Source: Gemmatimonadota bacterium
Lineage (GTDB): Bacteria > Gemmatimonadota > Gemmatimonadetes > Gemmatimonadales > Gemmatimonadaceae
Direction of reading: 5' to 3'
Assembly (NCBI GenBank): GCA_016194585.1
Contig: JACQBG010000034.1
Coordinates: 50,147 to 114,146, forward strand
DNA length: 64,000 bases
A model generated the notes under the pieces. That model was not told the origin of the DNA and ran no database searches. It worked only from the letters and a program-made list of their open reading frames with translations. Below are positions 8,066 through 17,900 of the stretch, in pieces; within the stretch, counting starts at the first letter, position 1; every line of letters starts with the position of its first letter. A program made the translations under genes and the position numbers.

Positions 8066-9993
8066 CGGTGGTCGAGGATCTCCCGCACCTTCGCCGCCAG
8101 GTCGGCCACGGCGAACGGCTTCTGGATGAAGCGCACCCCTTCCTCCAGGATGCCACGCGTGACGATCACCTCGGCCGGATAGCCCGACATGAACAGGGCC
8201 TCGAGTCGCGGGCGGTCGCGCAGCAACGCCGCGGCGAGGTCGCGGCCGTTCATCTCCGGCATCACCACGTCGGTGAGCAGCAGGTCGATCTCGCCCTCGT
8301 GCGCGGCCGCCCGTCGCAGCGCTTCGCCGGGGCTGCTCGTGCCGAGCACGGAGTAGCCGCGGCTCTCGAGCGCGCGCGTGGCCAGCCGCAGGATCGCCGG
8401 CTCGTCCTCGACCAGCAGGACGGTCTCCTTGCCGCGTCCCGCGGGTTTCGCGGCGAGCGCCGGCGCGGCGGATGTGGCCGGCCCTTCGTGTCGCGGCAGG
8501 TAGATGTCGAAGCTGGTGCCCTCGCCCGGCGCGCTCTGCACCGCGATGAACCCGTTGTTCTGCTTCACGATGCCGTACACCGTCGCCAGTCCGAGTCCCG
8601 TGCCGCGGCCGAGCTCCTTGGTCGTGAAGAAGGGTTCGAAGATGTGATCGAGCGTCTCGGGGTCGATGCCGGCGCCGTCGTCGCGCACGGTGAGCTTGGA
8701 GTACTCGCCCGGTACCGCGCCGGGATGCCGCGCGCAGAACGCGGCGTCGATGACGCTGTTGGCCGTCGCGATCTCGATCGTGCCCACGTCGACGATCGCG
8801 TCGCGGGCGTTGACGCACAGGTTGGTGAGCAGTTGATCGACCTGGGACGCATCCATCTCGATGGGCCAGGGGTTCGCCGTCGGTCGCCAGATGACCTGGA
8901 TATCCTCGCCGATCAGCCGCTGCAGCATCGTCAGCGAGTGCGCGACCGCGTCGTTCGGGTCGAGCACGGTCGGCGCGACGACCTGCTGCCGCGCGAACGC
9001 GAGCAGCTGCCGGGTGAGGGCGGCGGATCGCTCGGCCGCCCTCTGGATCTCGACGAGATCGGCGCGGAGCGGCTGCGCCGGGTCGACCTGGCCCATCGCC
9101 AACTCGGCGTGTCCCAGGATGACGCCGAGCATGTTGTTGAAGTCGTGGGCCACGCCGCCCGCGAGTCGACCCACCGACTCCATCTTCAGGGCCTGCTGAA
9201 GATGACTCTGCAGTCGTGCGGTCTCCTCCTCGGCCAGCTTGCGCGCGTGGATGTCGGAGTTGGTGCCGACGAACCGGGTGGGCTTGCCGGTCGCGTCGCG
9301 GCCGCTCACGCTGCCGCGACTCTGTACCCAGCGCCACGTGCCGTCGGAGCAGCGCATGCGCGCTTCCACCACGTACGTCTTCCCTTCGGCGATGGCGCCG
9401 AGCGCCGCCGCCGTCACCCGCCCGACGTCGTCAGGATGGACGCGGGCGCGCACGGCAGCGATGTCCTGCGTCGGCTCATCAGCCGCGTAGCCCAGCATCG
9501 TGAACCACCGCGGGCTGCAGAACACCGTACGCGAGTCGAGATCCCAGTCCCACATCGCGTCGCTCGTCGCCTCGAGCGCGAGGCGCAGCCGCTCCTCGCT
9601 CGTCGCCAGCGCCTCGTCGGCGCGCTTGAGCGCGGTGATGTCCTGCCGGGTCACGATGATGCCGATGATCTCGCCGCGCGCGTCCTTGAGCGGCCACGAG
9701 CTCGACAGGATGACCTGCTGGGGATCGGCCACGCCGGGCAGCTCGACGTTCACGTTGCTCGACCCGGTGTCGAGCACGCGCCGGAAGAACGGTTCGATGA
9801 TGGCCCACATCTCGGGTGGCGCGAGATCGCGAACGTGGCGACCGATGTGCGCCTGGGGCGTGCGACCGTTGAACGCCGCGGCGAGCGCGTTGATCCGGAG
9901 GTAGCGCAGTTCTCGGTCGAGCACGGCGATGCCGACCGGACTCACGTCCAGGAGGTTTTCGAGGATCAGGTCTTCGAGGCGGACGTCAGTCAC
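8062..9993 (-). CDS. PAS-domain hybrid sensor histidine kinase / response regulator
   Basis: Two PAS-like segments, HisKA H-box (GGVAHDFNNML), HATPase N/G boxes (DDGAGI, GTGLGLATVYG), and a C-terminal receiver (VLLVEDE...DLLLTDVVMPEMNG). Confidence 0.9.
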   Translation of the reverse strand: MTDVRLEDLILENLLDVSPVGIAVLDRELRYLRINALAAAFNGRTPQAHIGRHVRDLAPPEMWAIIEPFFRRVLDTGSSNVNVELPGVADPQQVILSSSWPLKDARGEIIGIIVTRQDITALKRADEALATSEERLRLALEATSDAMWDWDLDSRTVFCSPRWFTMLGYAADEPTQDIAAVRARVHPDDVGRVTAAALGAIAEGKTYVVEARMRCSDGTWRWVQSRGSVSGRDATGKPTRFVGTNSDIHARKLAEEETARLQSHLQQALKMESVGRLAGGVAHDFNNMLGVILGHAELAMGQVDPAQPLRADLVEIQRAAERSAALTRQLLAFARQQVVAPTVLDPNDAVAHSLTMLQRLIGEDIQVIWRPTANPWPIEMDASQVDQLLTNLCVNARDAIVDVGTIEIATANSVIDAAFCARHPGAVPGEYSKLTVRDDGAGIDPETLDHIFEPFFTTKELGRGTGLGLATVYGIVKQNNGFIAVQSAPGEGTSFDIYLPRHEGPATSAAPALAAKPAGRGKETVLLVEDEPAILRLATRALESRGYSVLGTSSPGEALRRAAAHEGEIDLLLTDVVMPEMNGRDLAAALLRDRPRLEALFMSGYPAEVIVTRGILEEGVRFIQKPFAVADLAAKVREILDHR

Positions 9994-10152
9994 GCGAGTA
10001 TCGAGGGCAGGTCACGAGGGGAACGGAGCGCGGCCGCTGGCAGGGCACGTCGCGCAGCGGATCGACACCGTCGCTGAGACGTTAGCTCCGGCGCGCACCG
10101 AGCGACAAGGTGCGGTCGCCCTACGGGGACTGCCCGAGGGCTGCCCCGCAGC

Positions 10153-11040
10153 ATGCCGGATACACGGTCGGGAGACGCGGCGCCGCCAGCGCCGCTTGAC
10201 GGCGCCCCGGTCAGCGCGCCGATTTGCTGCGTGTCTCCGAACATCCGCCTCGGCTGCCAGGGCTGGAACTACGCCGCGTGGGTCGGCCCACTGTACCCCG
10301 CGCGCACCCGGCCCGCCGATTTCCTCGCGACGTACGCGCGCGCCTTCGACACCGTCGAGGTCGACTCGACCTTCTACGCCATCCCGGCGGCGAACACGGT
10401 GCGCGGCTGGGCGGCGCGCACGCCGGCCGGGTTCAGCTTCGCGCTCAAGCTGCCGCAGGAGATCACGCATGAGCACCGGCTGCGCGACGTGGCCGACCCG
10501 CTCCAGCGCTTCGCCGACGTCGCGCGCGAGCTCGGCCCCAAACTCGGCCCCGTGCTCATCCAGATGGGTCCCGACTTCGCCCCCGCCGAGTTGCCGGCGC
10601 TCGCCGGCTTCCTGCCGACGCTGCCGCGCGACATCCGGTTCGCCATCGAGTTCCGCCAGCGCGGGTGGATCACCGACGGCATCCTCGCGCTGCTCGCCGA
10701 GCATCGCGTGTCGCTCGCGCTCACCGACGCGCGGTGGATTCCGCGCAAGACGATGCTGCAGCTCGCCGAGCGGCCGACGGGCGACGTGGCGTATGTGCGG
10801 TGGATGGGGCCTGACCGGAGCATCGTCGACTATTCGCGCGTGCAGGTCGACCGCACGAACGAGATCGAGAAGTGGGTCGCCGTGCTCCCCGCGCTCGCGG
10901 CGCGGGTGAAGACGGTGTACGGCTACGTGAACAATCATTTCGCGGGGCACAGCCCGGCGAGCGTGCGGGCGATGCAGCGGTTGCTCGGGCAGCCGGTGGT
11001 GGAGCCCGGGCAGATCGGGGAGCAGTTGCCCTTGTTCTGA
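10153..11040 (+). CDS. DUF72 family protein
   Basis: IRLGCQGWNY...FYPARTRPADFLATYARAFDTVEVDSTFY is typical of DUF72/UPF0759. An alternative GTG start at 10231 is possible. Confidence 0.8.
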   Translation: MPDTRSGDAAPPAPLDGAPVSAPICCVSPNIRLGCQGWNYAAWVGPLYPARTRPADFLATYARAFDTVEVDSTFYAIPAANTVRGWAARTPAGFSFALKLPQEITHEHRLRDVADPLQRFADVARELGPKLGPVLIQMGPDFAPAELPALAGFLPTLPRDIRFAIEFRQRGWITDGILALLAEHRVSLALTDARWIPRKTMLQLAERPTGDVAYVRWMGPDRSIVDYSRVQVDRTNEIEKWVAVLPALAARVKTVYGYVNNHFAGHSPASVRAMQRLLGQPVVEPGQIGEQLPLF

Positions 11041-11064
11041 GGCGGGCTCGCGATGGGATGAAAT

Positions 11065-11097
11065 GAAGCAGGCGCGCCGGAGTGGCGCGCCTGCTTC
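11065..11097. terminator. bidirectional terminator-like hairpin
   Basis: Perfect 14-bp stem GAAGCAGGCGCGCC / GGCGCGCCTGCTTC with 5-nt loop, between convergent genes ending at 11040 and 11128. Confidence 0.6.
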
Positions 11098-11127
11098 GTC
11101 GTTCGGATCCGGCGATCGCGCGGAATG

Positions 11128-14100
11128 CTAGGGCGCGTAGACCGGCCAGCTCACCGTGCCGCTGCCGAACGTGCGCCACCAATGCTGCCCGGCCTGCGTG
11201 GGGATGCCGTCGAGCGGTGACACGTTCGTCAGGCTGATGTTCGCGCTGCCGCGATTGAACAGGTACGCGCCCGAACTGGGGTTGAGCGCCCCGGTGAAGG
11301 TCAAGTTGCTGAACGAGATGCCGCCGGCGTCGCTCCGGGTGATGTCGAGGAACGCTCCGTTCTGGAACGTCGCGTGGCTGATGTACGGCGCGTAGCCCGA
11401 GGCTTCGCCGCTGTACTTCGTGTCGAGGATGACGAGCGGGACGTTGTCGAAGGTCACCGAGGTCGGGTAGCCGGTCACGTACGTGCCGTGCGACACCACC
11501 GCATGTCCACCGCCGCCGATGACCGAGTTGCCGTACGCCTCGATCTCGTCGAGCACGGCGAGGTCGCTCGCGAGCGAATAGGTGCCACCGTCGAACTCCA
11601 CTTCACCGAAGTGCGAGGTGTGCGGCCCCTCGCCGGAGTTCGAGAACGAGATGATCTGCGGCGTCGGGCTCATGTACGACCCGAAGTAGTTCCGCAGCCC
11701 CCCGCCCACCGAGACGATCCCTTCCGCTCCGGTCACGCTGCTCTGGCGGCCGAATCCAAGGCGCGGCGCGCGTGCGGCACGCTGCTGTGCCTGCACGAGG
11801 TACGCCTGCCGGCGCGCCGCGTTGCGGGCGTGGATCGCCGCCGACCGAGGCGACCGCGACGGCGACGCTGCCAGCAACGGCGACAACGGCGCGGCCGCGG
11901 TGCCGTAACTGCCGTGCTCGAACTCCACCTCGACGGTCGCGTCGGGGGCGAACGAATCGGGAGCGCCACTCTGCGTGAAGTGCCCGAGGAGATAGAGGTA
12001 CGCGCTGTTGGTGATCAGCCCGTCCGTGCTGCCGCCGGCGAACGTAGTGTTGCCGTAGACGTCGAGCCAGTTGCCGCCCGTCATCTTCACGACACCGCCG
12101 TCCTGCGTGGAGAAATCGCCGTGGGCGGTGAGCCCTTCCGTCCCGAAGTCGAGCGATGCGCCTCGGCCGGTGACCGTGATGCTCCCGGTGTACAGGCTGT
12201 GCGTCAGCGTCATCGAGCCGGTGATCGTCAGGTTCGAGTACATGTCATAGTTGCCTTCGAAGATCGTCTTGCCGACGCCGGTGAACACCGTGTTCGCCAC
12301 CTGCCACGTCGCCGAGCAGTCGCAGTAGTTGTCGGTGAAGTTGCCGCCGATGGTCACCGTGCCGGTACCCGTGACGGTGCCCGAATAGTTGCCCGTCACG
12401 ACGTCGCCGCTCACGGTCAGGTTGTAGCTGCCCAGCGTGAGCGACCCGTAGTTCGTGAACGTGAGCGACGCGATGGCGACGTTGCTGCTGAGCGTGGGCG
12501 AGTAGCACTCGCAGTTGCCGATCGTCACCGCGTCGGACGACGTCGGCACCGCCGCCGGCGTCCAGTTCGCCGGCGTGTTCCAATCGGAACTCACGCTGCC
12601 GTTCCACGCGCGGTTGAGGCCGAAGAGGTCGAACGGCGTGGAGAGCGCCGCGGTGAGTCCCGGAGAGGTCGCCCGCAGCACGAAGCCGGTGCCGCCATCG
12701 CTCATGGCGAGCGAGGTGAACGTCGCGATGCCGGCCACGGCGTTCACGGTGGTGAGGCCGCGGAGGCTCGCTCCACTCGACACCGCGAGCCCCAGCGTCA
12801 CCGGCCCGGTGAACGTCGTGACGAGGTTCCCGAAGGCATCCTGCACCGCCACCTTCGGGTTCGGCGTCAGCAACGCGCTGATCTCCGATCCGCTCGCCGG
12901 CGACTGCAGGAAGACTAGCTTCGCCGGCGGGCCGACGAGGATGTCGAACGCCGTCGACGTCGCGGCGGTGAGTCCCGCCGCCGCCGACGTGGCGGTGAGC
13001 GTGTACGCCTTGCCCGGCGCCGAGACGGCCAGCCCGCCGAACGTCGCGACGCCGGCCACCGCGTTCACGGTCACGGTGCCGCCGAGCGTCGCACCCGTCG
13101 TGCCGCCGCCGAGGGCGAGCGTGACCGCGCCCGTGAAGCCGGAGGCGAGATTCCCCGCGTTGTCCTGCGCCTGCACGACGACAGCGCCGGTGAGCCCGGT
13201 CACGGGCTGCGTCGTGAACACCAGCTTCTGCGGCACCGGGAGCGTGGCCGTCGCCGAGAACGTCGCCGGCGTGGCGATGCCCGCGGCGGTGGCCGTCACG
13301 CTCTGCGGGCCGGCGGTGGCGCCGAGCTTCCAGGTGGTCTGCGCGAGGCCGCCAGCGTCAGTCGTCGCGCTCGCCGAACCCACGCTGCCGCCTCCCGCGG
13401 TGACGGCGAACGTCACCGCGACGCCGCTCACCGGGAGGTTGTCGGTGCCGAGCACGCGCGCCACGATCGGCGCGGCGAGCGTGGCGTTCGTGAGCGCGCT
13501 CTGGCCGTCGCCCGACTGCGCGTTGATGGACTGCGGCTTCGCCGTGATGGAGACCGTGGCCGTGTCGGCCGGTCCGTTCAGCAGCTGCGCGACGATGCGG
13601 GCCGTGCCGCGCGCGACGGCCGCGCCGCTGCCGGTGGGCGTCATGCTGGCGATGGTCGGGTCGGCGCTGACCCACACGATCGGCGTTCCGGGGATGGGAT
13701 TCCCGGCGCCGTCGACGGCGTTGGCGGTGAAGGTGAAGGGGTCGCCGATGGTGAGCGCGCGGGTCTTGGGGGCCGCGATGCGCACGGCGGCGGCGTTGTA
13801 GCCCGGGCCGGTGTAGGTCACCGGGATGTTCACCGGCGGGGGAGGTGCGCCGCCGCCGAGTCCCGCCGGGACGGCGGTGATGTTCACCGGTCCGCCCGAG
13901 AACACGGTCTGGCCGGCGGCGTTGATGTAGCCGAGCGTGAGCGCCATCGTCTCGCCGGTGGCGGGAGAGTTGGCGAGGAGCGGGACCGAGAGACTGAGCG
14001 TGAGGGCGTCGCTGCCGGACGGGAAGTCGACGAGGGTGTCGAGGGCGGGCGAGCCGTCGGCATGATGCAGCACGACCCGCACCTTGGTGAACGCGACGAG

Positions 14101-14286
14101 TCCGGTGCTGGCGGCCTGCTGATAGACGGTGGGGAAGATCGTGTTGAACGAGATCCCGCGCGCGTACTGCACGAGGGAACTCACGGGGCCGGTGACCTCA
14201 CGGCCGCAGCTCCAGAGTGTCGCGATGAGGATCGCGCCTGTAAGGGCGAGGATACGGCGGGACGGCTTCATCGTCGGAGTCGGCAT
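11128..14286 (-). CDS. large surface lipoprotein: Ig-like (Big_1/invasin-like) repeats plus distinct C-terminal beta-rich domain
   Basis: ORF 11128..14370; the likely start is ATG 14286 or 14271 (MKPSRRILALTGAILIATLWSC, lipoprotein signal). The N-terminal ~560 aa are paralogous to the 14978..22135 protein. The C-terminal ~490 aa begin with a W.G..S.DW..P.NW motif. Confidence 0.85.
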   Translation of the reverse strand: MPTPTMKPSRRILALTGAILIATLWSCGREVTGPVSSLVQYARGISFNTIFPTVYQQAASTGLVAFTKVRVVLHHADGSPALDTLVDFPSGSDALTLSLSVPLLANSPATGETMALTLGYINAAGQTVFSGGPVNITAVPAGLGGGAPPPPVNIPVTYTGPGYNAAAVRIAAPKTRALTIGDPFTFTANAVDGAGNPIPGTPIVWVSADPTIASMTPTGSGAAVARGTARIVAQLLNGPADTATVSITAKPQSINAQSGDGQSALTNATLAAPIVARVLGTDNLPVSGVAVTFAVTAGGGSVGSASATTDAGGLAQTTWKLGATAGPQSVTATAAGIATPATFSATATLPVPQKLVFTTQPVTGLTGAVVVQAQDNAGNLASGFTGAVTLALGGGTTGATLGGTVTVNAVAGVATFGGLAVSAPGKAYTLTATSAAAGLTAATSTAFDILVGPPAKLVFLQSPASGSEISALLTPNPKVAVQDAFGNLVTTFTGPVTLGLAVSSGASLRGLTTVNAVAGIATFTSLAMSDGGTGFVLRATSPGLTAALSTPFDLFGLNRAWNGSVSSDWNTPANWTPAAVPTSSDAVTIGNCECYSPTLSSNVAIASLTFTNYGSLTLGSYNLTVSGDVVTGNYSGTVTGTGTVTIGGNFTDNYCDCSATWQVANTVFTGVGKTIFEGNYDMYSNLTITGSMTLTHSLYTGSITVTGRGASLDFGTEGLTAHGDFSTQDGGVVKMTGGNWLDVYGNTTFAGGSTDGLITNSAYLYLLGHFTQSGAPDSFAPDATVEVEFEHGSYGTAAAPLSPLLAASPSRSPRSAAIHARNAARRQAYLVQAQQRAARAPRLGFGRQSSVTGAEGIVSVGGGLRNYFGSYMSPTPQIISFSNSGEGPHTSHFGEVEFDGGTYSLASDLAVLDEIEAYGNSVIGGGGHAVVSHGTYVTGYPTSVTFDNVPLVILDTKYSGEASGYAPYISHATFQNGAFLDITRSDAGGISFSNLTFTGALNPSSGAYLFNRGSANISLTNVSPLDGIPTQAGQHWWRTFGSGTVSWPVYAP

Positions 14287-14419
14287 GTGTGTCACCCGGG
14301 CAGGGGCGGACCATCTACAAATGCCCAATCCCCCGATCGCGGGAGCGTTCGGGGAGGCGGACTCATCCAAGCTACGGTTGTTCGGCCGACGGCGACAAGG
14401 GAGCGGATACCGGCGCCGA

Positions 14420-14435
14420 TGTGACGCGGGTCACG
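14420..14435 (-). promoter_or_regulatory. CRP/FNR-family-type binding site TGTGA-CGCGGG-TCACg
   Basis: 15/16 match to the palindrome at 22272..22287. It lies ~135-150 nt upstream of the 1050-aa lipoprotein gene start. Confidence 0.5.
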
Positions 14436-14489
14436 GTGGGGCGCGCCCGGCGACCGACGCTCGGCGCGCGAGCGTCGGGTGACGTGCCG

Positions 14490-14981
14490 CTACGGGCGAG
14501 GAGGGCGGGGCGGCGGCGGAGCCGGCCGGCTGAAGGTCGCCGCGACGCCACCCTTGCCGGTGCAACTGTCCGCCGTGGGTGTGCCGAACAGGAAGGTGCC
14601 GTCCTTGCACTGTCCCGTCGCCCCGGCGGGAGGGGCCGTGGGCGTCGCGGCCGGAGCCGCCACGAGTGCGGCGCGCGCGGTCGCCACGGCGGGCGGCGTG
14701 GGGCGCGGCGGCATCGCGACGCGCAGTCCGCCGCGCTGGGCACAGTCGGTGGGGGCGCCGGGCGCGTAGATCCAGGTTCCGTTGTTGCAGAGCGCGACGG
14801 CGCTGTCGGCGGGCACCATGGCCGACGCGGGGACGACGAGCTTCGGCCCCGCGGGCGGCGGACTCGGCGGGGCGGGCGGCGCCGGCGGCGGGCCGGCGGT
14901 CTGCGCGCCGAGTCGCGGCGCGCCAAGCGCGATCACGATCGCCGCGGTGGCGAGGCGGAGGAGCATGGTGTGCCGGCTCAT
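14490..14981 (-). CDS. secreted proline-rich protein with two DUF3761-like C-x-[DN]-G-T...C...GG[VL] motifs
   Basis: Signal peptide (LGAPRLGAQ). Motifs ALCNNGTWIYAPGAPTDCAQRGGLRV and GQCKDGTFLFGTPTADSCTGKGGVAATF. ATGA overlap with the stop of the upstream giant gene. Confidence 0.65.
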   Translation of the reverse strand: MSRHTMLLRLATAAIVIALGAPRLGAQTAGPPPAPPAPPSPPPAGPKLVVPASAMVPADSAVALCNNGTWIYAPGAPTDCAQRGGLRVAMPPRPTPPAVATARAALVAAPAATPTAPPAGATGQCKDGTFLFGTPTADSCTGKGGVAATFSRPAPPPPRPPRP

Positions 14982-17900
14982 GGTGTCACCGTGATGGTCG
15001 GAGAGTAGGTGACGTAGTTCGCGTTCGCGATGGTGACGCTGCTCGTGCCCGCCGTGAGTCCCTTCACCCAGAACTGCGCGTAGTAGCCGTCGGCGGGGAT
15101 GGTGACGCTGGTGATCGGCGCGCTCGACGCGCCGCCCGAGACGAAGCCCACGTTCGCGCTCCCGGTGAGCGTGAAGGTCGTCGCCGCGGTCACGTAGTGC
15201 GTCGAGGAGTTGTTCGGGTCACGCGCGTACATCGTCACCAGCACCGAGTCGGTGCCGGCGAGACTGAGCGTGCTCGGCCAGCTGGAGATCTGGTCGATGC
15301 GGCCGGGGCCGACGATGACCGCGCCCTTGGCCGGGTTGTGGCCAAGCGCGGTCGCCGTGATCGTGTCGGTGCCGGTGGAGGCACCGGTGACGCGCACGAA
15401 GCCATAGTTCTGTCCCGCCGCGATGACGACGCTCGACGGCGACGTGCTGGCGGCATTGAAGTGCGAGAACGAAACGGTCAACGCGGTCGCCTGGTTGTCG
15501 GGCGTCTGCGCCGCGCGATCGTCGTACTGGCCGATGCCGAGGTACTCCGACGCGCCCCAGTTGAGCGACAGGCTCGGCGTGTTCACGGCCACGGTCTGCG
15601 TGCCGGCCGCATAGCGGTAGCTCGCCGAGGTCGTATCGGTCGCCGAGAGCTGCGTCGTGCCGGCCGTGAGCGGGATGAACTTCGCGTTGTTGTTGTAGTA
15701 GGCGCCGGCGAGGATGGTGACGAACGCCGAGTCGACCGTGCCCACGGCCGTGCTCGACGACGCCAGCGCCACCGCGAGGTTCTGGTTGACGTAGTGCGCC
15801 GTGCCGTTCGCGTCTTCGGCGTAAACGGTGATGCCCTGTCGCGGCGAGGTGGTATTCACCGACGAGTTGGCGCTGAGCACGAACTTCGGCGCCGTCACCT
15901 GCACCGTCGTGTTGGCGCCACCGTATCCCGAGGCCGTGGCGGTGACCTGGATGGTGCCGATCGTGTTCTGCGCCGTGATCTGGAAATAGGCGTAGGTGTA
16001 GCCGACAGGGATCGTGACCGTCGCGGGGACGGCGACGACGGTCGGGTCGCTGCTCGTGAGCGTGACGACGAGCGGCGATCCGGTGACGGCGTTCGCGACG
16101 TACACGTACGCGCTGTTCGGGCCGCCGTTCTGCCGCATGCCGAGCACGGTCGTGCCGTTGCTGATGCCGAGCGACGGCCCGGTGACGGTGACGGTGTTCG
16201 TCGTCACGGAGCCGTAGCCGGAGCCGAGCGAGTCGGCGTACGTCATCGAGGCGGTGCCGGGGCCGGTGTAGGCCACGGTCGGCTGCGTGTAGTAGCCGCC
16301 ACGGTAGATGCGCGAGCTGGGCGCCGTCGGCTGGATGACGGCGCCGTTGCTCGAGACGGCGCTCACCACGAGGGTGTCGAGGATGTAGTGTCCGCTGCCG
16401 AGGCTGTCCGTGGCGTACACGGTCACCGTCGACGGTGTGCTGGTGGTGAGCGCGGTCGAGGGCAATCCGCCGGTCGTGAGCTTGGGCGTGGTGACGGTGA
16501 CGATCGCTGACGTGCTCAGGTAGCCCGGCGCCGTGATCGCGAGTGTATCGCTGCCGACGGTGAGACCGGCGTAGTCGAAGTACAGATAGCTGGTGTTGGC
16601 CGGGATCACGAGCGTCGTCGCCGAGAGGGAGTCGACCGTCGGATGGCGCTGCGCCACCGTCACGGTGACCGGCGTCGGCCGGCTGTTCGGGATGTAGACG
16701 TAGCCGCCCGACGGTGCGTACTGCCGCCGGCCGATGATGGCGCGCGAGAAGTTCACCCCGAGCTGCGGGGTCTGCACCGTGTAGGAGACCGAATCGGCGG
16801 CGTGGCCGCTGGCCGTGACCTTGAGCCACGCGGTGCCGACGCCGACCGGCGTGACCTGCACGTGGTTCGCGTAGTATAGCCCGGTCTGGATCGTGTCAGC
16901 AGAGCTCGTGACCGTGAACACGGTCGGGTCGCTCGACGTGTACGTCACGACGAGCGGCGTATGACGGTAGTGCGCGGAGCGCAGCGAGTCGGCGCTATAG
17001 ACCGTGAAGCCGGAGTTCGGGCCGAAGTTGTTCATCGTGCCGCCGCCCGAGAGCGACAGCCGCGGCGACGTCACCGTATAGAAGGCGGTGTCGGGTTGAT
17101 AGCCCGGTGCGCTGGCGATGAAGGTGTCGGTGCCGACCGCCTTGCCGCGGACATTGAAGTAGACGTAGCTCGATCCGACCGGGATCGTCACCGAGGTCGG
17201 CAGCCCGACGATGTTCGAATCGGCGTTGGCGATCGACACGGTGAGCGTCGACGTCACGTTGTTCGGCGTGTAGACGTAGAGGTTGTAGTCGTCCTGCCCG
17301 GCGGCGGTGCGGTTGGAATACCAGCTGAAGTTCAGTTTCGGCCCGACGACGGTGTACTGCGTCGAGTCGGCGGCGTGGCCGCTCGCCGTGACCTTGACCC
17401 ACGCGGTGCCGCCGGCGCCGCCCGGGATCACCTGCGCGCTGTTCACGTAGTACTGTCCCGCGGGGATGGAGACGCTCGGGTTGATCACCTTGAGCACGGT
17501 GGTGTCGCTCGACGCCAGCTGCACGGCGAGCGCGTTCGTGCGGTAGTGCGCGGCGGAGAGCGAGTCTTCCGCGTAGATGGTGACGTTCTGCGCGGGCGAC
17601 GTCGTGTTCAGCGTCGTGCCACCCGAGATGCCGAGCTTCGGCGACGTCACCAGCACCGACATCGTGCCGCTCGTCCAGTTCGTGGCGCTGGCCGTCACCG
17701 TCGCCACGCCGGGCAGCTTGCCCGTGGTGTTGAAGTACGCGTAGTTGTAGCCGGTCGCGATCGTCAGCGGCGTCGGCACCGTGACCTTGCTCGTGTCGGA
17801 GCTCGTCAGCGGCACGGACAACGGCGCGAAGATGTTCTGCGGCACCCACGCGTACTGGTTGTACTCGAACTGCCCCGCGCCGAGGCGCAACGAGCTCGGC

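Noticed and set aside
5939-10077. Very long ORFs on the opposite strand or in alternative frames of the porin and kinase genes (5939..7846 +, 6501..8156 -, 7936..10077 +, 7952..9337 -)
   Set aside because: Their translations are Arg/Ala/Gly/Pro-rich with no motifs, as expected for shadow ORFs in ~70% GC DNA. The overlapping frames contain clear porin and histidine-kinase motifs.
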